Shown: positions 1 to 16,285, counted from the first letter of the stretch. The stretch: DNA of 64,000 nt from the human T2T-CHM13v2.0 reference genome, Homo sapiens (GCF_009914755.1 NC_060944.1); one strand, 5' to 3'. Notes: a model not told the origin generated them from the sequence alone. Translations and numbers: made by a program.

Positions 1-769
1 CGGTTGAGTCTTCTGCAACAGAACTGTATTCAAGTGTCATTTACATAGTTAAGACTTTTCTAAAATAAATCAATACATCAAATAAAGCCTGTCTGGCTAG
101 AGTCTGTGGGACTCTTGCTGTTTCTTTCAAAAAGTGTTTGTTGATTGGCTCAGGTCCCTCTCAACCCAGGCAAAAATGCCAAGGGGAAGATGGAGGGACA
201 TCGAGGGGTTTCCCTGTGACCTGCTGAAGGAGAGGTTGGAATGCTGTTTTCTTAGGAAAAGCTCCATTTTCCTGGTAAGAGGACTAGCGCCTGAGTCTCT
301 CACTCCAGGGAGGCTCAGGGGTCAGTCCAACCAGCCCAACCCGGGCTGCCCCTATCATAATTGGTGACCCTCTAGCCTAGACATGCTAGCCTCCAGGCAG
401 TGACCTGGCTGTCTCTCCCACCTGTTTGTCCTCTTCCCAGAAGGAGGATGCTCCCTTTATCTCAGGCCAAAGTACCCCCCTCACCCTCCCAGGGAAGGGG
501 AGGAATGCCACCTGTCATCACGGGATGGGTGAGTCACCTCTTACTGGCTGGAGGCCATAGCCAGCCCAACCTCTCTCTTTTGCCCCCTAGCTCTCCCCTG
601 TGGGTGGGGAACGATGGGAATATCACCCTAAAAATCGTGACAGCAACAGCTGCCATCTCTGTGGCATGGAACCTGTCACTGGAAGCTTGAGTGCACAGCC
701 CTGGGTTCCAAGCCCAGCTCTCATGTTCTAACCTGGTGATCTGGGGGGAGTCACCCCTTCCTGATCCCC

Positions 770-2040
<1,271 letters not shown>

Positions 2041-2169
2041 TATTTAGAGACTCAGTTTCTTTGTCTGTAAGGTGGAGATTAAACAGCATCTGCTTTGCAA
2101 GGTTGCTGTGAGCCTGGGTTGAGGACTGAGAGTTCATGGGCAGGTAGCAAAGTGCAGGTAAATGTCAGC

Positions 2170-2745
2170 TCCGTTACTTCCACACCCAGCTCACTCAATC
2201 CTCATGAGGTCGTTATTATTGCCATCAGCTTTAATTTTACAGGGAGTGGAGGTTCAGAGAGGTTAAGTGACTGGTCCAAGGTCACATAGCCTGAAAACAG
2301 CGCAGCCAGGATCCAAGGCTGAATCTAGAGTCTTGTTCTTGGCTTTCTACCCTGCTGCCTCCTCCCTGCTCTCCCAGCACCAGGCCCTTGGATCTTGAAC
2401 TGATCAGACTTGAGGGGCTCCCAGTTGGGAAGGGAGACAACCGTGAGTGGAAATGCCTCCAGGCAGACAGGACCTGAGCCTGCCCCACTAGGGGGCAAAT
2501 TAGAAGGGGGGCCAGTGAGGCAGCACAGCCATGTGGTTAAGGGAAGCACTGTGATGCCAGACCACCTGGGTCCAATTTGGCTCTATCCTCACTAGGTGTG
2601 TGATCCTGGAGATGTGACTCATGTTTATTTGTGCCTCAGTTTCTGCTGCTGTGAAATGGGATAATACAGGTTATTGGGAGGACTGAATGAGTTGGTCCAT
2701 GCAAAGTGCTTAGAACAGGACCAGAAACTCAATAGGCGCTCCAGC
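2170..2745. mobile_element. Two MIR fragments in opposite orientation
   Basis: gaggttcagagaggttaagtgactggtccaaggtcacatagc and gtgcctcagtttctgctgctgtgaaatggg core motifs. Confidence 0.75.
2482..2500 (+). promoter_or_regulatory. Candidate CTCF binding site
   Basis: CCACTAGGGGGCA at 2485-2497 matches the CTCF core CCASYAGRKGGCR; motif evidence only. Confidence 0.5.
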
Positions 2746-3004
2746 TCACTTTCCACCAAACGTGTGCCCCCAGGGCCTGGGGCCACCTGCCATGCTTTGG
2801 GTCCACATCTGTCCCTTGCTCAAGGTTCACATCTTGCCTTGGCTGCTGTGAGCTATGTGTTTTTGGGTTTCTCACCCAACTTCCCTGCACTCACACTTCC
2901 TTTGACCCCAAAGTGGGAACCATATCTACCAGTGGTGAGGATCAACATGCACAGTGCCTGCAGAGGACACTGGATTGTAACTGTGACAGGCCTCAAGTGG
3001 GTGC

Positions 3005-3378
3005 TCAGTGTGCACAAATGTTCATGACAGCTGGAAACCCAGATGTCCTCCTGCAGTGGAACGCTACTCAGTCACAAAAAGGAACAAGTGCGTGATATTT
3101 GCAACAATGCAATACATCTTGCAGGCATTGTGTTGAGACCAAAAAGAACGCTCCTGGTTTTTGAAACCCTAGATGAAACACAACTAAACTTTGGTGACAG
3201 CAAGCAGATCAGTGGCTCCCTCGGCTGGGCCAGGGATGGGGAGTTTGGTAAGGGATATAGGGAACTTCGTTTTAGAAATGTTTTGAATGTTGTTTTGGGT
3301 GTTTGATTCATTGGAATTCATCAGACTAAACCCGTAAGACCTGTGCATTGATTGCATGTTCATCATATCCCACTTTTA
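3005..3378 (+). mobile_element. Old L1 (L1M-type) 3' end fragment
   Basis: caaatgttcat...gctggaaacccagatgtcc...tactcagtcacaaaaagga... resembles L1M 3' UTR. Confidence 0.6.
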
Positions 3379-3379
3379 A

Positions 3380-3692
3380 AAATTTTTATTTTTATTTAAT
3401 TTTATTTTTTGAGACAAAGTCTCACTGTGTCGCCCAGGCTGGAGTGGAGTGGCACAATTACAGCTCACTGCAGCCTTGACCTTCCCAGGTTCAGGCGATC
3501 GTCCCACCTCAGCCTCCTGAGTAGCTGGAAACACAGACGTACATCACCATGCCCAGCTAATTTTTCTACTTTTTGTAGAGATGGGGTCTCACTATGTTGC
3601 CCAGGGTGGTCTCAAACTCCTGGGCTCAAGTGATCTTCTGGCTTCTGCCTCCCAAATTGCTGGGATTACAGGCGTGAGCCACCGTGCCCGGC
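3380..3692 (-). mobile_element. Alu (AluJ-like)
   Basis: Antisense Alu with T-rich tail and J-type ctcctgggctcaagtgatc. Confidence 0.95.
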
Positions 3693-4997
3693 CCCCAATT
3701 ATTTTAAAAAGCAACAAAAAAGTTTGTCGTTGTCATCATCATAAATTTGTTCTTATTTCTCTGACTGTTCTATGGCACCAAGTGCCCCCTTAGCCCCCTC
3801 TTTTGAGGCCAGCAGAGACCCAGAGCTAAGTTTGGGGTGACTTTTCCCTACCTCTGGTCCATCAAAGGTCTCTGCCACATAAGGCAGATGAGCTGGCACT
3901 GTAGAAAGAGCCCTCAGACCCAGGTCCAAACCTGACTCTGGCTCTGCCTCGTCCTTGCTGGCTGCCCCTGAGTGGGTCATTTAAGCCTCAGTTTCCTCAT
4001 CTGTTAAATGGGGCTAATAGTGGCGCCCCTGCTTGTGAGGTGGTTGCCAGGATTCATGGAGATTCTTAGAGATAAGAGGTGTGCAGGGCCGTGGATATTG
4101 GAGGCTCACAGAAACAAAACAGAACAAAGCAAAAACCCCCAAAGGAAAAAAAAACCCAAAACCAAAATAAGGCGAAGCAGCTGGGAGAGGGTGGGGGTGA
4201 CTGAGCGCAGCGGCCTGGCGCCAGAGTGCCGGGCATCAGGTCCTGCTCCTGGGCCATCGCCGTCACCTCTCTGTGCCTCAGTTTCTGCATTTGTAAAGCA
4301 AGGATGATACCAGCACCCAGCCCACAGGCTGTGTGAGGGCTGATTGAGTCACTCATGGAGACAGAGCAGTGCGTGGTGCCTGGTGCATGCGGCTGTTATA
4401 CTGAGGGTTGGGAAGGGGAGGAGCGCACCACCTCGGGGGTAACTCAGAGAGCCCAGTCCTTCTTGAATTGCTGCCTGGCCCAGGCCATGGTGTCCCAGCA
4501 GGTGAAGGGGTGGGCAGTCCAGCTGCCAGCCCTGTCAGATGCAGCCGCAGGGGCTGTGGCTCACCAAGGCCCGGGGCCTGTCCTGGGCTCCTCACTTGGC
4601 TCTCGTGGCTGGGACAGATTGCTTCCTTCCTCTCTCCTGGGTGCCAGGTAGGCCCAGAAACCACCTGATGTCAGCAAGGCCTGGCCACCCACTGGTGGGG
4701 AGGAAGTGGGCGGGTGCCCAGGGACAGATGAGCCGGGCAGACGTGCCCTGAGGCAGCACAGTCAGGGCTGACGTGGGCATTATGCACCTCGGGGCTTTCA
4801 GAGCTGGCTCCGGTCCCGTTTGCCCACATCAAGCAGGTCAGAGTGGAGAGGGCCAGGGGCGCTGGGGTCAAGGCATGCACTGACCAGGCGTCTGTCCCCA
4901 CTCCTCAAAACACAGCCAGGAGATGAGCGCACTGGGGTGGTGGCCTGTGGAAGAGGGGCAGGGTCTGTGTCCAGATGTGGCCGGAGGGTGGGGTCGA

Positions 4998-5350
4998 CTG
5001 TGTGCGGTACGTGTGTATGGAGGTGACTGTGTGTCTGGCATGTGAATGTAAGATTTTAGGAAGGTGAGTGAGCTTGTGCACAGGTGTGTGTGTGTGCACG
5101 TGTGTGGCTAAGCATGTGTGAGTGAGTAGGCATCTGTGTGCCGTGTGTGGGAGCCGGGCAGGGGGCAGCGTGTATGGCTGAGTGTGCCAGCACATTGCTG
5201 AGCATGTACTCGTGTGCGTCTGGGTGTGTGAATGACAAAATAAGTGTATATGGTTAATTACATGAGTGTGTGAGTGAGTGTGGGGAGGGGATGTGTGTAT
5301 CCTTGATTGTGGGAGTCAGAGTGTGTGTATGTGTGTGTGTGTATGTACAT
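4998..5350. repeat. Degenerate (TG)n-rich low-complexity region
   Basis: Interrupted tgtgtg/tgagtg runs. Confidence 0.85.
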
Positions 5351-5389
5351 GCGCTGTTGTGAAGAGTTCTGCAAGAACCCCTCCCCTTT

Positions 5390-5775
<386 letters not shown>

Positions 5776-6055
5776 TAAAATTTTGACAGAAATGGCCAAG
5801 GAGCTCTTTAGAAAGGGCAGAGGGGAGCGGTGATATCCAAGTTGATCCCTGACCAGTCAGAACAGGTGTCAGCTGCAAATACCCAAGCCAGCTGAGCCAG
5901 CCCTGGTCACTCCAACTTCTGCTCCCACCAGCAGCATCCAAGAAGGCTTGACCTTGAGTCATTCTCAGGCCATCCCCAAAGCAAACAGTGAATGGTGAGC
6001 TTTATAATAACAAAGTCAACATATTATAATCTCATGGGCCGTCAGTTACAATGGC

Positions 6056-6495
6056 AAACATTCATTCATTCATTCATTCACCAATATTCACTGAGCACCT
6101 ACTATGCCCCAGGCACAGTTTCTGGTGCTGGGGATGCAGCCAAGAACAAGACGGACAAAAATTCCTTTGCTGGTGGCGCTGGTGGGAACAAGCAGACGAC
6201 AAAATAAGTGAACAGCCTGTGGAGAGGGTTAATTGGTGGTAAGTGCTGTAGATAAAAATAAAGCAGGAACAGTAGATCCAGAACGCCAGGTGGGTTTGCA
6301 GTTTTAAAAAGACTGGTCAGTTGGGGCTCCAAGGGAAGCAGGCGTTTGGGTGAAGACCTGAAGGAGGTGAGGGCCAAGCCACATGGATCTCTAGCGGAAA
6401 AGCAAAGCAACCCCCAGGCAGAGGCCACGGCAAGCGCAAAGGGCCGGCGACAGCACACACTTGGCCAGTTCAAGGAACAGAGAAGGGGCCAGTGT
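6056..6495 (-). mobile_element. LINE-2 3' end with (ATTC)n tail
   Basis: attcattcattc...ctgagcacctactatgccccaggcac. Confidence 0.85.
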
Positions 6496-6589
6496 GGATT
6501 TAGTAGCTTTTTAAAAACTAATGATAAAAGCAAATGGTGCTTGTGGAACCACCACACAGAAAAACGAATACAAGAGAAATTGAAAGTCC

Positions 6590-7260
6590 ACAGTCGCTGA
6601 AGGGTGGGGGCAGGGGAGATGGACTAAGGATCCGGGTGTCTGGGGTACAGTTCACTTGATAATCAAAGCAATTTTCCGTTTTGACAAGGCAACGCCAAAA
6701 TAGCGCAGCTGCATCCAAACCTCCCAGCCGCAGCGAAACACCCGGCGTTTTTACACTCGTACCCCAGCCCGACCCTGAGCCAGGCACGTAGTAGGCGCTC
6801 GGTCTGCTTCTACATCCTCCCAGCTCCCTGGGTCCTGAGGGGGTGAGGAAAGATGAGTGCAAACCCCCCAAGGTACAGACTGACTTATCCCCAGATCCCC
6901 ACAGGCCGCCAGCCAGGCCCCCAGCGGCCCCGGAATGACAGCGTCGTCTCTTCCTCCTCCTGCTTTTATGAGCTGTGAAGGAGGCTTGTCTCGCGTTGCA
7001 CAATTGCCCCTTAATTGCTATTTCCTCTCAGTTATGAATTATGTCATGGATATGGCCGCTCACGTTATTAAACTTCCACACAGGCCTTATCGTCTGGAGT
7101 CCGGCCAGCAACCCAGCCTGACCTACTTTCCCACCGGATTTCAAAACCGCCTCCCTTGTCCTCTCGTTGGACTTTTCCTAAGGAGAGTCTACTGTGCCCA
7201 AAAACTTGACGCTAAAAATAAAAACTAGAACGGAGAAGGGGGGCCACAGCTGGCCCCACC
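6590..7260. promoter_or_regulatory. Candidate enhancer (CpG-retaining, largely unique sequence)
   Basis: High local CpG content; TGATAA and ATCAAAG (6657-6668), GGAATG/TGACAG (6932-6941), TTTTATGA (6964-6971), TTGCACAAT (6996-7004), TTAATTG (7011-7017). Confidence 0.5.
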
Positions 7261-7504
7261 GAAGGCCTGAGGCTCGGAGCAGTCCCTGGTGACTGGGGCC
7301 AAACCCCTCCCTTCCTAGAAGCTTCCTCAGAAAACCTGTCCTTGCGATGCAGGGTTCCCAGCAGGACAGGCAGGGACACCAGCCATAGTCCCAGGTCCCC
7401 TGCGTGATCAGATCCCACTCTCGCCTTTCTCGGTCATGGCCGGGATGACTGACTTTGGAGGCAGGCAAACCTGGGTTCAAACCTTAGCTCTGACACTGAC
7501 TAGC

Positions 7505-7800
7505 CCATTCATTCATTCATTCATTCACTCCAGGTATTGACTGTCTCCTGAGTGCTGGCCCTGTGCTGGGCAGTGGGGAAATATCTGAGAACGAGGCAGA
7601 CACAGTCGCTGCCCTCATAGAACTTTTAATCTAGTAGGCAGAGATGGGCACAAAACACAAATTCTGAAATTAGGGCAATGAAGAAAATAAGACAGTGCGG
7701 TAGGTTTGAGAACAGCAGGGCTGCCCGTTTGAGACAGTCAGGGAGAACTCTCTGTGCGGAGGGGTCATTTAAGCAAAGACCCCAGTCATGAGAAGAGCCG
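7505..7800 (-). mobile_element. LINE-2 3' end
   Basis: (CATT)n tail followed by L2 terminal motifs. Confidence 0.8.
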
Positions 7801-8691
7801 GATCCAGGAAGCCAGCCCTAATGAGGGAGGGGCTCAGGAGGTGCCTCGCATGCAGGATAGAAGGAGGCGCTTGCTCTCAGTCTCAGCCACGCGCAGGTTG
7901 GCATTTGAGAGTGAGAGCCTCCTGAAAGCTTCACCCTGGGGATCTCACTTGCCCCAACCTAGTCCTGGGCCTGCTGGGAAGGAAAGGCATCTAAGCAAAG
8001 GGCGCAGCGAATGCAAAGGCCCTGCAGTGGGATGAGCCTGGCGCTCTGGTGCAGAGAGAGCCAGGGAAGAGTGCAGTGCAGGGATGGGGACGTGGGTGAA
8101 GCTGGAGAGGTGGGGGTGCAGACCACAGAGGGCCTCGAAGGCCATGCTGAGGATTTGGTAAGGGAGAAGCTCTATTGTGAGGGCAGAGCTGGCAATCCTC
8201 GTGGGTGAGGTGATATTTGCCGGGGAGGTAGGGAAGACTCAGGGTGCATTTCTAGGCCGGATGACTTCTTGATTGATGTAGGAGAGATTAGCAAGTGCTT
8301 CATTTCTCAGTCTTTAATATTCTTCATCTGGGAAGTGGGAATAATAACATCAACCTCCCCAGAGAAGGTACCATACTTAGCACAGTGATTTACCTGGGTC
8401 ACCCAGGAAGTTCGTGGCTCAGCCAGGACTGGAACCCAGGCCCTGCTCTCCAGGATGATCGCAACAGGCAGGGGCTGGATCTTGGCATGAGATTCTCCAG
8501 CGATGCCACCTCCCGGCCAAACAGGCCTCAGCAGCAGGGGCTGGATTTTTTTCTTTCTGAATTGTGCTTATGCGTGGGGCTGTTTATCTAACTTGGCTGA
8601 AGTTTGAGTCCTGGGTCTGTAAACATACCCTTTTAATTATTATACAAATGGTACATGTTCGTGGAATAAAAATTTGAAAATGAAAATAAGC

Positions 8692-8789
8692 AAGAAGAAA
8701 AAGAACGAGAGAGAAAGAGGGAGGAAGGAGGGAAGGAAGGAAGGTAGGAAGGAAGGAGGGAGGGAGGGAGGAAGGAAGGAAGGAAGGAT
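8692..8789. repeat. Purine-rich (GGAA/GGGA)n microsatellite
   Basis: Seen directly. Confidence 0.9.
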
Positions 8790-9050
8790 CTAAATCAACA
8801 CATGTACACCTAGATGCATTATATAAGGACCTTCATTGCAGCATCCTTTGACATAACAAAAGCCTCCAAACAATGTGAATATCCAAGATTAGGGGCCTTC
8901 GTAGCTGCATGAATTAAAGAGTATTTCAATCCTGTGCTGAGACTGAAGTGAATAAAGCAGATATCGCTGTACTGATTTGAAACAACAGCCAAGATGTAAT
9001 ATTAGCCTAGAAAAATGAGATGAAAAACAGTGATTATAGAATGCTACAAA

Positions 9051-9196
9051 GTGTGTGTGGGTGTGTGTCTGTGTGTGTGTGCGTGTGTGTGTCTGTGTGT
9101 GCGTGTGTGTGTTTGTGTGTGTGTCTCTGTGTGTGTGTGTCTGTGTGTCTGTGTGTGTGTGTCTCTGTGTGTCTGTGTGTGTGTGTCTGTGTGTGT
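9051..9196. repeat. Compound (TG)n/(TCTG) microsatellite within old L1 remnant
   Basis: About 145 bp of TG-based repeat. Confidence 0.95.
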
Positions 9197-10179
9197 CTTA
9201 AGGAGAGAGTGAGGAATGTGTTTACCTATTTGCTGGTAGATGCTCAGGTTTCCTGACTTTCGCGTGGTAAAAATGGCAAGTCAGAGATGGGAGGAAGGAT
9301 GATATTTTGCCTGTCCGTTTGCACTGTTGAAAGGAAAACTTGTGGCTTCTGTTTTTGTTTTTGTTTTGCCATGTGCGTGCCTGTCTTCTGTGCAACATTT
9401 TAGCAATATTTGAAAAATCAGAGACTTTTCGAAAGGCCCTGAGATAATCTAGGCTGGCGTTTCCTGAAAGTTCCCCCAAATCCCAGGATTCCAGCAAGGT
9501 GCCTGTAGGCCATGGGGCTTGGGGTGGAGCTGCAGGCAGCCTGACCCTCCTTACTCAGAGATGTTTCTCTTTCATCTTTTTTTTATAGGTTGGACAAGTA
9601 AAGGTTCAGTTGTAAAAGGGTTTTGCCTGCTTTGAAACGAAATTTTTGAAAAACTTTGATCTTGAATAATCTCTTCATTCTACCGATGAGGAGACAGGAA
9701 CCCAGAAAGGAGAAAAAAAGGATCGTCTCAGCATCAGGCTGACCTGGGTTTCAGTCTAGCTTTGGCTGCGTGCCTTGGATAGTAAATTTTCCTCCTTGAA
9801 CCTTGGCTTCTTCCTCCAGGGAGAAAAACCTACCTGAAGGTGATTAGTACACAGATATCAAAAGTGGAAGTAGACCCTGAGTCCTTAGCTAAGGACTAGA
9901 ACGATCGTGGCAGAAACGTGCACAGGAAATCATGTGGCCTCTGTCTCACCAGCGGGTGTTCCAGGAATGGCAAAAGTGTTCCCTTTTCCCCATTTCACTC
10001 AAGTCTAGAATCAGGCATATCTCAGTTTGTTAGAAGTCAGCTCACTACAAAACCCAGGTATTCCCTGGGACACATGCAACTGCAAGGGGCAGGGAAACTC
10101 AACTCAAATGACTTTATCATTAAGGAAGTGTGTCTTCCTGTACATTCAGAAAACCCAGAGATGGCATGGCGGCTCTGAC

Positions 10180-11002
10180 AGGCATGCATTCAGCTTCGAG
10201 GAACACAGACCCTGACCCCTGGCAGCATTTATTTATATTGTCCCCTGCTACAAGAAATCCAGAGGCATCCAGAGCTGATGGGGTGACTCAGGGGTGCTAC
10301 CAGGGGTTCAGGTTCTTTCCCAGTTTTGTTGTTGTTGTTGTTATTGTTTTGAGACAGAGTCTCACTCTATCGCCCAGGCTGGAGGACAATGGTGTGATCT
10401 TGGCTCACTGCAACCTCTGCCTCCTGTGCTCAAGCAATTCTCCTGCCTCAGCCTCCCGAGTAGTTGAGAGTACAGGCGCCCGCCACCACGCCTGGCTAAG
10501 TTTTGTATTTTTGGTAGAGACGTGGTTTTGCCATGTTGGCGAGGCTGGTCTTGAACTCCTGACCTCAAGTGATCTGTCCGTCTCAGCCTCCCAAAGTGCT
10601 GGGATTACAGGCATGAGCCGCCGCACCTGGTCACTTTCCCAGTTTTTGCTTAGCCATCTCGAACATGTGGCTTCTGTCCTCATGGTTGGCCATAATTGCA
10701 GCATGACCATTCCACCCTCAGCTCATGTCCACATTACAGGCTGGAAGAGGGGACAAGGGCAGAGCAGTGTGTCCACCATGTTTGTCTCTTTTCAGAAAGC
10801 TCTTCTGGGGGCCCCACTGGGAAAATTTGGCTTTCATATCATTGGTCATGCTGGATCACGTGGCCATTCCTGGCTGCAAGGCAGTCTAGGGGAGTGAGTG
10901 CGTTTTGCTGGCTCATTGCCATCCCAATAAAGTCAGGGTTCTGTCAACAAGGAAGAAAAGGAGCGAGGGCATTGGGCAGGCACTGAGCAGTGTCTGCCCC
11001 AG
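10180..11002 (-). mobile_element. MaLR LTR (MLT1K/L-like) split by an Alu
   Basis: cattggtcatgctggatcacgtggccattcctggctgcaagg...aaagtcagggttctgtc...gtgtctgcccca. Confidence 0.6.
10324..10630 (-). mobile_element. Alu (AluS-like) with (TTG)n tail
   Basis: Antisense Alu; TSD ctttcccagtttt on both sides. Confidence 0.95.
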
Positions 11003-11393
11003 TAGTTCAAGAATTGTTGATACAATGGCTGAAAGACATCTTCCAAAACCTGTGTTCTCTTTCTGTTTGCATTCTACCATCCTCAGCGTGTGGGCTTCCA
11101 TCCTGAGACTTGTTTTATCCCCTCAGTTTCAGGAGGGGGTCCCTTCCTTGAAGGCATGTGCTGATGCCCCCTCAAAAAAAAGTGTTCTCCCACCTAGGGA
11201 GGAGAGTTGAAAAGAGCTGTGGTTGGGCAGTTGACAATGTCTGCTCCACCTCTATTCACCGGAACTTCTTCTGTTCCATCCTCTTTTCAGTTCAGCTCAC
11301 TGCGATTTCATTTCCATCTCACAGCGTGGATCAGTCACCTATGCCTACAAGAATGCTGCCTGAGAAACCACCCCCAACCTGTTATTCTCTTGA

Positions 11394-12455
<1,062 letters not shown>

Positions 12456-13229
12456 GCGACTGTCTTCCTTATCATCACTGTTTGCTGATGTTCCTCCGAT
12501 CTCTCTGACTTTGTTTTGGTCTCATATATGGGTTCCTCTTCTCTCTCCCTTCAAACACTGTGGGGCCCTAAGCGTTCCATGCCAGCTCTTCTCTTCTGTC
12601 TCTATGTGTGGTCTCTGGGCCATCCCAACCATTCTCTAGTTTTCAGTCACCACGTTGGCACTAAAGACCCCCAAATCCATTAGTGGGCTCTCTCCTGAGT
12701 CCAGTTGCCAACTGGGCAGGCCACCTGAACATCTCACAGAACTCCCAGATCTTTCTCCTGCTTTGACCTCAGCACCCTCAGCCTCAGCCCCACCTCAAAC
12801 TCCCTCCTCCTTTATTCCCATGGCACACAACCCCCTCCATGCAGCTGCCCAATCTGGGAACCTGGATGTCAGCAAGCCCACCTGTCTCCATGGTCCGTTC
12901 ATGCTACAGCTGATGCTGATCATGACCACTGGCTGAGTACTTCCTGTGCGCCAAGGACAGGGCTAAGCCTCATCCCAATATTTTCTGATTTAATTCCTGA
13001 AACACCCGCCCCCCTCCCCCCACCCTCCGAGGAGGGGGGCACTGATATCAAGTTGTCTGTATTCCATATGGCACATGCCCTCATGGGACAGGTGGCTTCT
13101 TTCAGAAGCTGCAGTGATCTCTCCCAAACCAATTGGTTCTGTCAATCCCCAGTGAAAAATCCTTAAGAATCCTCATTGTCCCAGAGACCTGGGCTAAACC
13201 CCTTGGTCTGAAGCGGTCAGGTCCAAGAT

Positions 13230-13720
13230 TCTTTCATTTATTCACACACAAAAGGAAATGATTGCGCTCACTCCATAAGCCAGTCAGCCTCTGGGCGCTG
13301 GAGAAACATGAGAGGCCCTGGGAACTTAGGCCCAACGGCAAGAGAGAAAATAATAAATATCTAACATGTCAGGTAGTGACGAACAGATATGAAGACAAAC
13401 AAGGCAAGGCGAGGGGAGACTTATTTGAGAAGGGTCACTATTTCAGGAGGGAATTCAGGGTCAGCCTCTCTGCTAAGAAGGGATTGCAATGAAGTAAGGG
13501 GGTGGCAAGTGCAAAGGCACTGGGGTAGAAAGGGGCTTGGTGGCCGCCTGTGCAATGAGTGTGAGAGGTGGAAGAGGCTACAATATGGGCGTGGCTTCCT
13601 CCCTGAGTGAAGTAGGGAGCCATGGGAGGGTTTTGAGCAGAGGAGGGCCCTGCCCTGACTTTGATTTTTACAGAATCCCTCTGGCTACTTGTGGATAACA
13701 GTCTTCATGGGGGCCAGGAA
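13230..13720 (-). mobile_element. LINE-2 fragment
   Basis: ttcatttattcac...gtgcaaaggcac...gggagccatgggagggttttgagcagagg. Confidence 0.7.
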
Positions 13721-15237
13721 GCGGAGAAGTCTGCTGCAGGAAGCGAGGTTTTGCAGGCCTCATGACACTTAGATCACAGAGAGGATTCAGGGGTTTGAGT
13801 GACATTCTCAAAAGACACAGGAAAACCAAACAGGATTTTCGGGTTAACCAGAAGCTGCCAGAAGATGGACGGTGCCCAGCATGCCCTGCCCCCAGGCACC
13901 CTGGTCCATGGGCCTTTTGTGCAGCATCCTCGGCGGGTGTGGACGCTGTGGTGCTGGTGTTGCTGGTGGGTTTTCCCCTGTGCCTGCCTCTTGGCTGTTG
14001 AGGACAGTGCTGGGGAGGATGTGAGCACTTAGCACCCCAGCGTGGTCCGGGCGATGGTGGCCCAGCTCCCGCCAAAGACGCTGACTTCTTTGAACCCGAG
14101 AACAAACATTGACGTTCTTAGTTCTGCAAAAAAAAAAAAAAAAAGCCCTGCGTCCATGCACGCTGTATCCCCCCATCACCAAACTCACTTATCTCGCTGC
14201 ACAATCCTTCAAAGCACAACACAATGTATTTATGTCTGTGGTTTAGGTTCCCAAAACCTGTGACATCAGATAAGTACGATGTTCACAAAAACAAACATCG
14301 CAGAAAGGGAAAAAAACGACCAAAAAGAAGCAGCTGGTTTCAGCCTCGACTTCCTCTCCCAAGAAAAAGGGGCTCTATCTGGCTGAGGTTTCACTGTATT
14401 CAGGCTGGGGGGTCAGAGGAATGCCGTCCTGCCCTCTGTCCAACTGCTCGCATCTCAGCCTTTGATGTGTGACTCTCTGAGGCTGAAAAATCTCACCTGC
14501 AAAATGGAAATGCCAATCTCCACCTCTTGGGACTCATAAAAATAATAATAAAATGATAATAAAAATATACCAATAATTGCTCATCTTTGGATCAATTGTG
14601 TTCCATAGGTCATTTCCTTAGCAAATCCTCACATCGGCCTGTGTTTTGCCTTCACGTGGGGTGGCTACTGAGAACATCTCCAGTTGACACATGGGGAAAC
14701 TGAGGCTTCAAGTAGGAAAAATAGGCAGTTATAAAACACTGCATGGCTACTTTTGGTTTTTAGAAAATGCAAACATGTAATATATAAATTAAATAAATAA
14801 ATAACAAAATATAAAAATATAATTAGGCAAAAAAGTTTGGCCGGTTAAATGCCCAAAAGCCACAGTGCTTTCCTGAGTATCAGAGTGACCATTGAGACAG
14901 GAGTCCCACCGCTGTCTCCTTCTCGTCATTCCCGTCTCGGCAAAATGTCACCTCTGCTGAGAGGTCGTCCCCAAGCTCTTGCCTAAGGTGGCCCTCCGGT
15001 CCCTCTTATTCCACTCACCTTATCTCTTTCTGCCCTGACCGTCGCTGGAATGCGCCGTATTTTTTCATCTGTTTCTGGGCTTATCGCCTGTGTTCCCTGC
15101 TAGAGCTTCAGACCCAGGAAAGCAGGAACTTCACCCCGTCCCCAGAGCCTTGCCCAGTGCCTGGCACTAGTGGATCTCAATACATATTCCTGGACCAACG
15201 GAAGGTGTTTTCTTATTTTTAAAAAATGTACTTTGCA

Positions 15238-15639
<402 letters not shown>

Positions 15640-15994
15640 TCAGCAGGAAGGCACAGCCTCGGCGGGCTTATCTGGCTGAGTGTGAAGGAAGTGGGCACAC
15701 TGGCTTCCCACAGAGTGGGTCAAGCAGCGAACATCCCAGAGTTTCCCAGCCCAGTCTGCCCCCAGTTCTCTGGCGCTGGAGATCTTCCCGCCTGGGACAG
15801 GGTTATCTTTGAATGACAGCGTGTTCAGTCTCCCCCATGGGGTGAGGCTGCCCTGAATCTCAGGGAGCAACAGGGATCCCCTGGGCCAAACACAGCCCCC
15901 AGGAGATGTTGCTTGGCCCATGCAGTTCAAACAGCTTGGAATTTTGGCATTATTTTAAAAATCAAGATATTTTGGAAGAAAACTTTGAAAATCC

Positions 15995-16285
15995 TCCCAA
16001 AGGGCACCAAATAAGATGAGAATAATTGGATGGGAAGATTTCACATCCTTAAGATGACCATTCTGCCAACATACATAAAACTTAATGCAATTTAAAGTAG
16101 CGACCCACAAGGTTTTTTTAGTTGGATAAAACAATCTTTGAGTTCACAAAGAAAAAAGTACAAAATGAAAGAACAATGAGAAGGATCAGGACAAAGATAA
16201 TATTTCAACTCACTGGGAAAATGGAATATTTAATCCAGGACCCCAGCCGAGCCCACTATCAGCAAAAAACAAAAATGGACTCCCA
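15995..16285 (+). mobile_element. Old L1 ORF2 fragment (L1M)
   Basis: ggatgggaagatt...taagatgaccattctgcca...ttggataaaacaatctttgagttca resembles the degenerate L1 ORF2 region KMAILP...LEKTILKF. Confidence 0.6.

Noticed and set aside
8720-8789. GGAA microsatellite as an EWSR1-FLI1 response element
   Set aside because: The longest uninterrupted run is only about 4 units, too short to claim
10130-10897. 255-aa ORF
   Set aside because: The core is the standard antisense-Alu translation (LTLSPRLE...[10 protein letters not shown]) flanked by LTR sequence; no gene evidence
13760-14143. Unique stretch ending in an orphan A16 run, possible processed pseudogene
   Set aside because: No polyadenylation signal, no convincing TSD and no recognisable parent ORF
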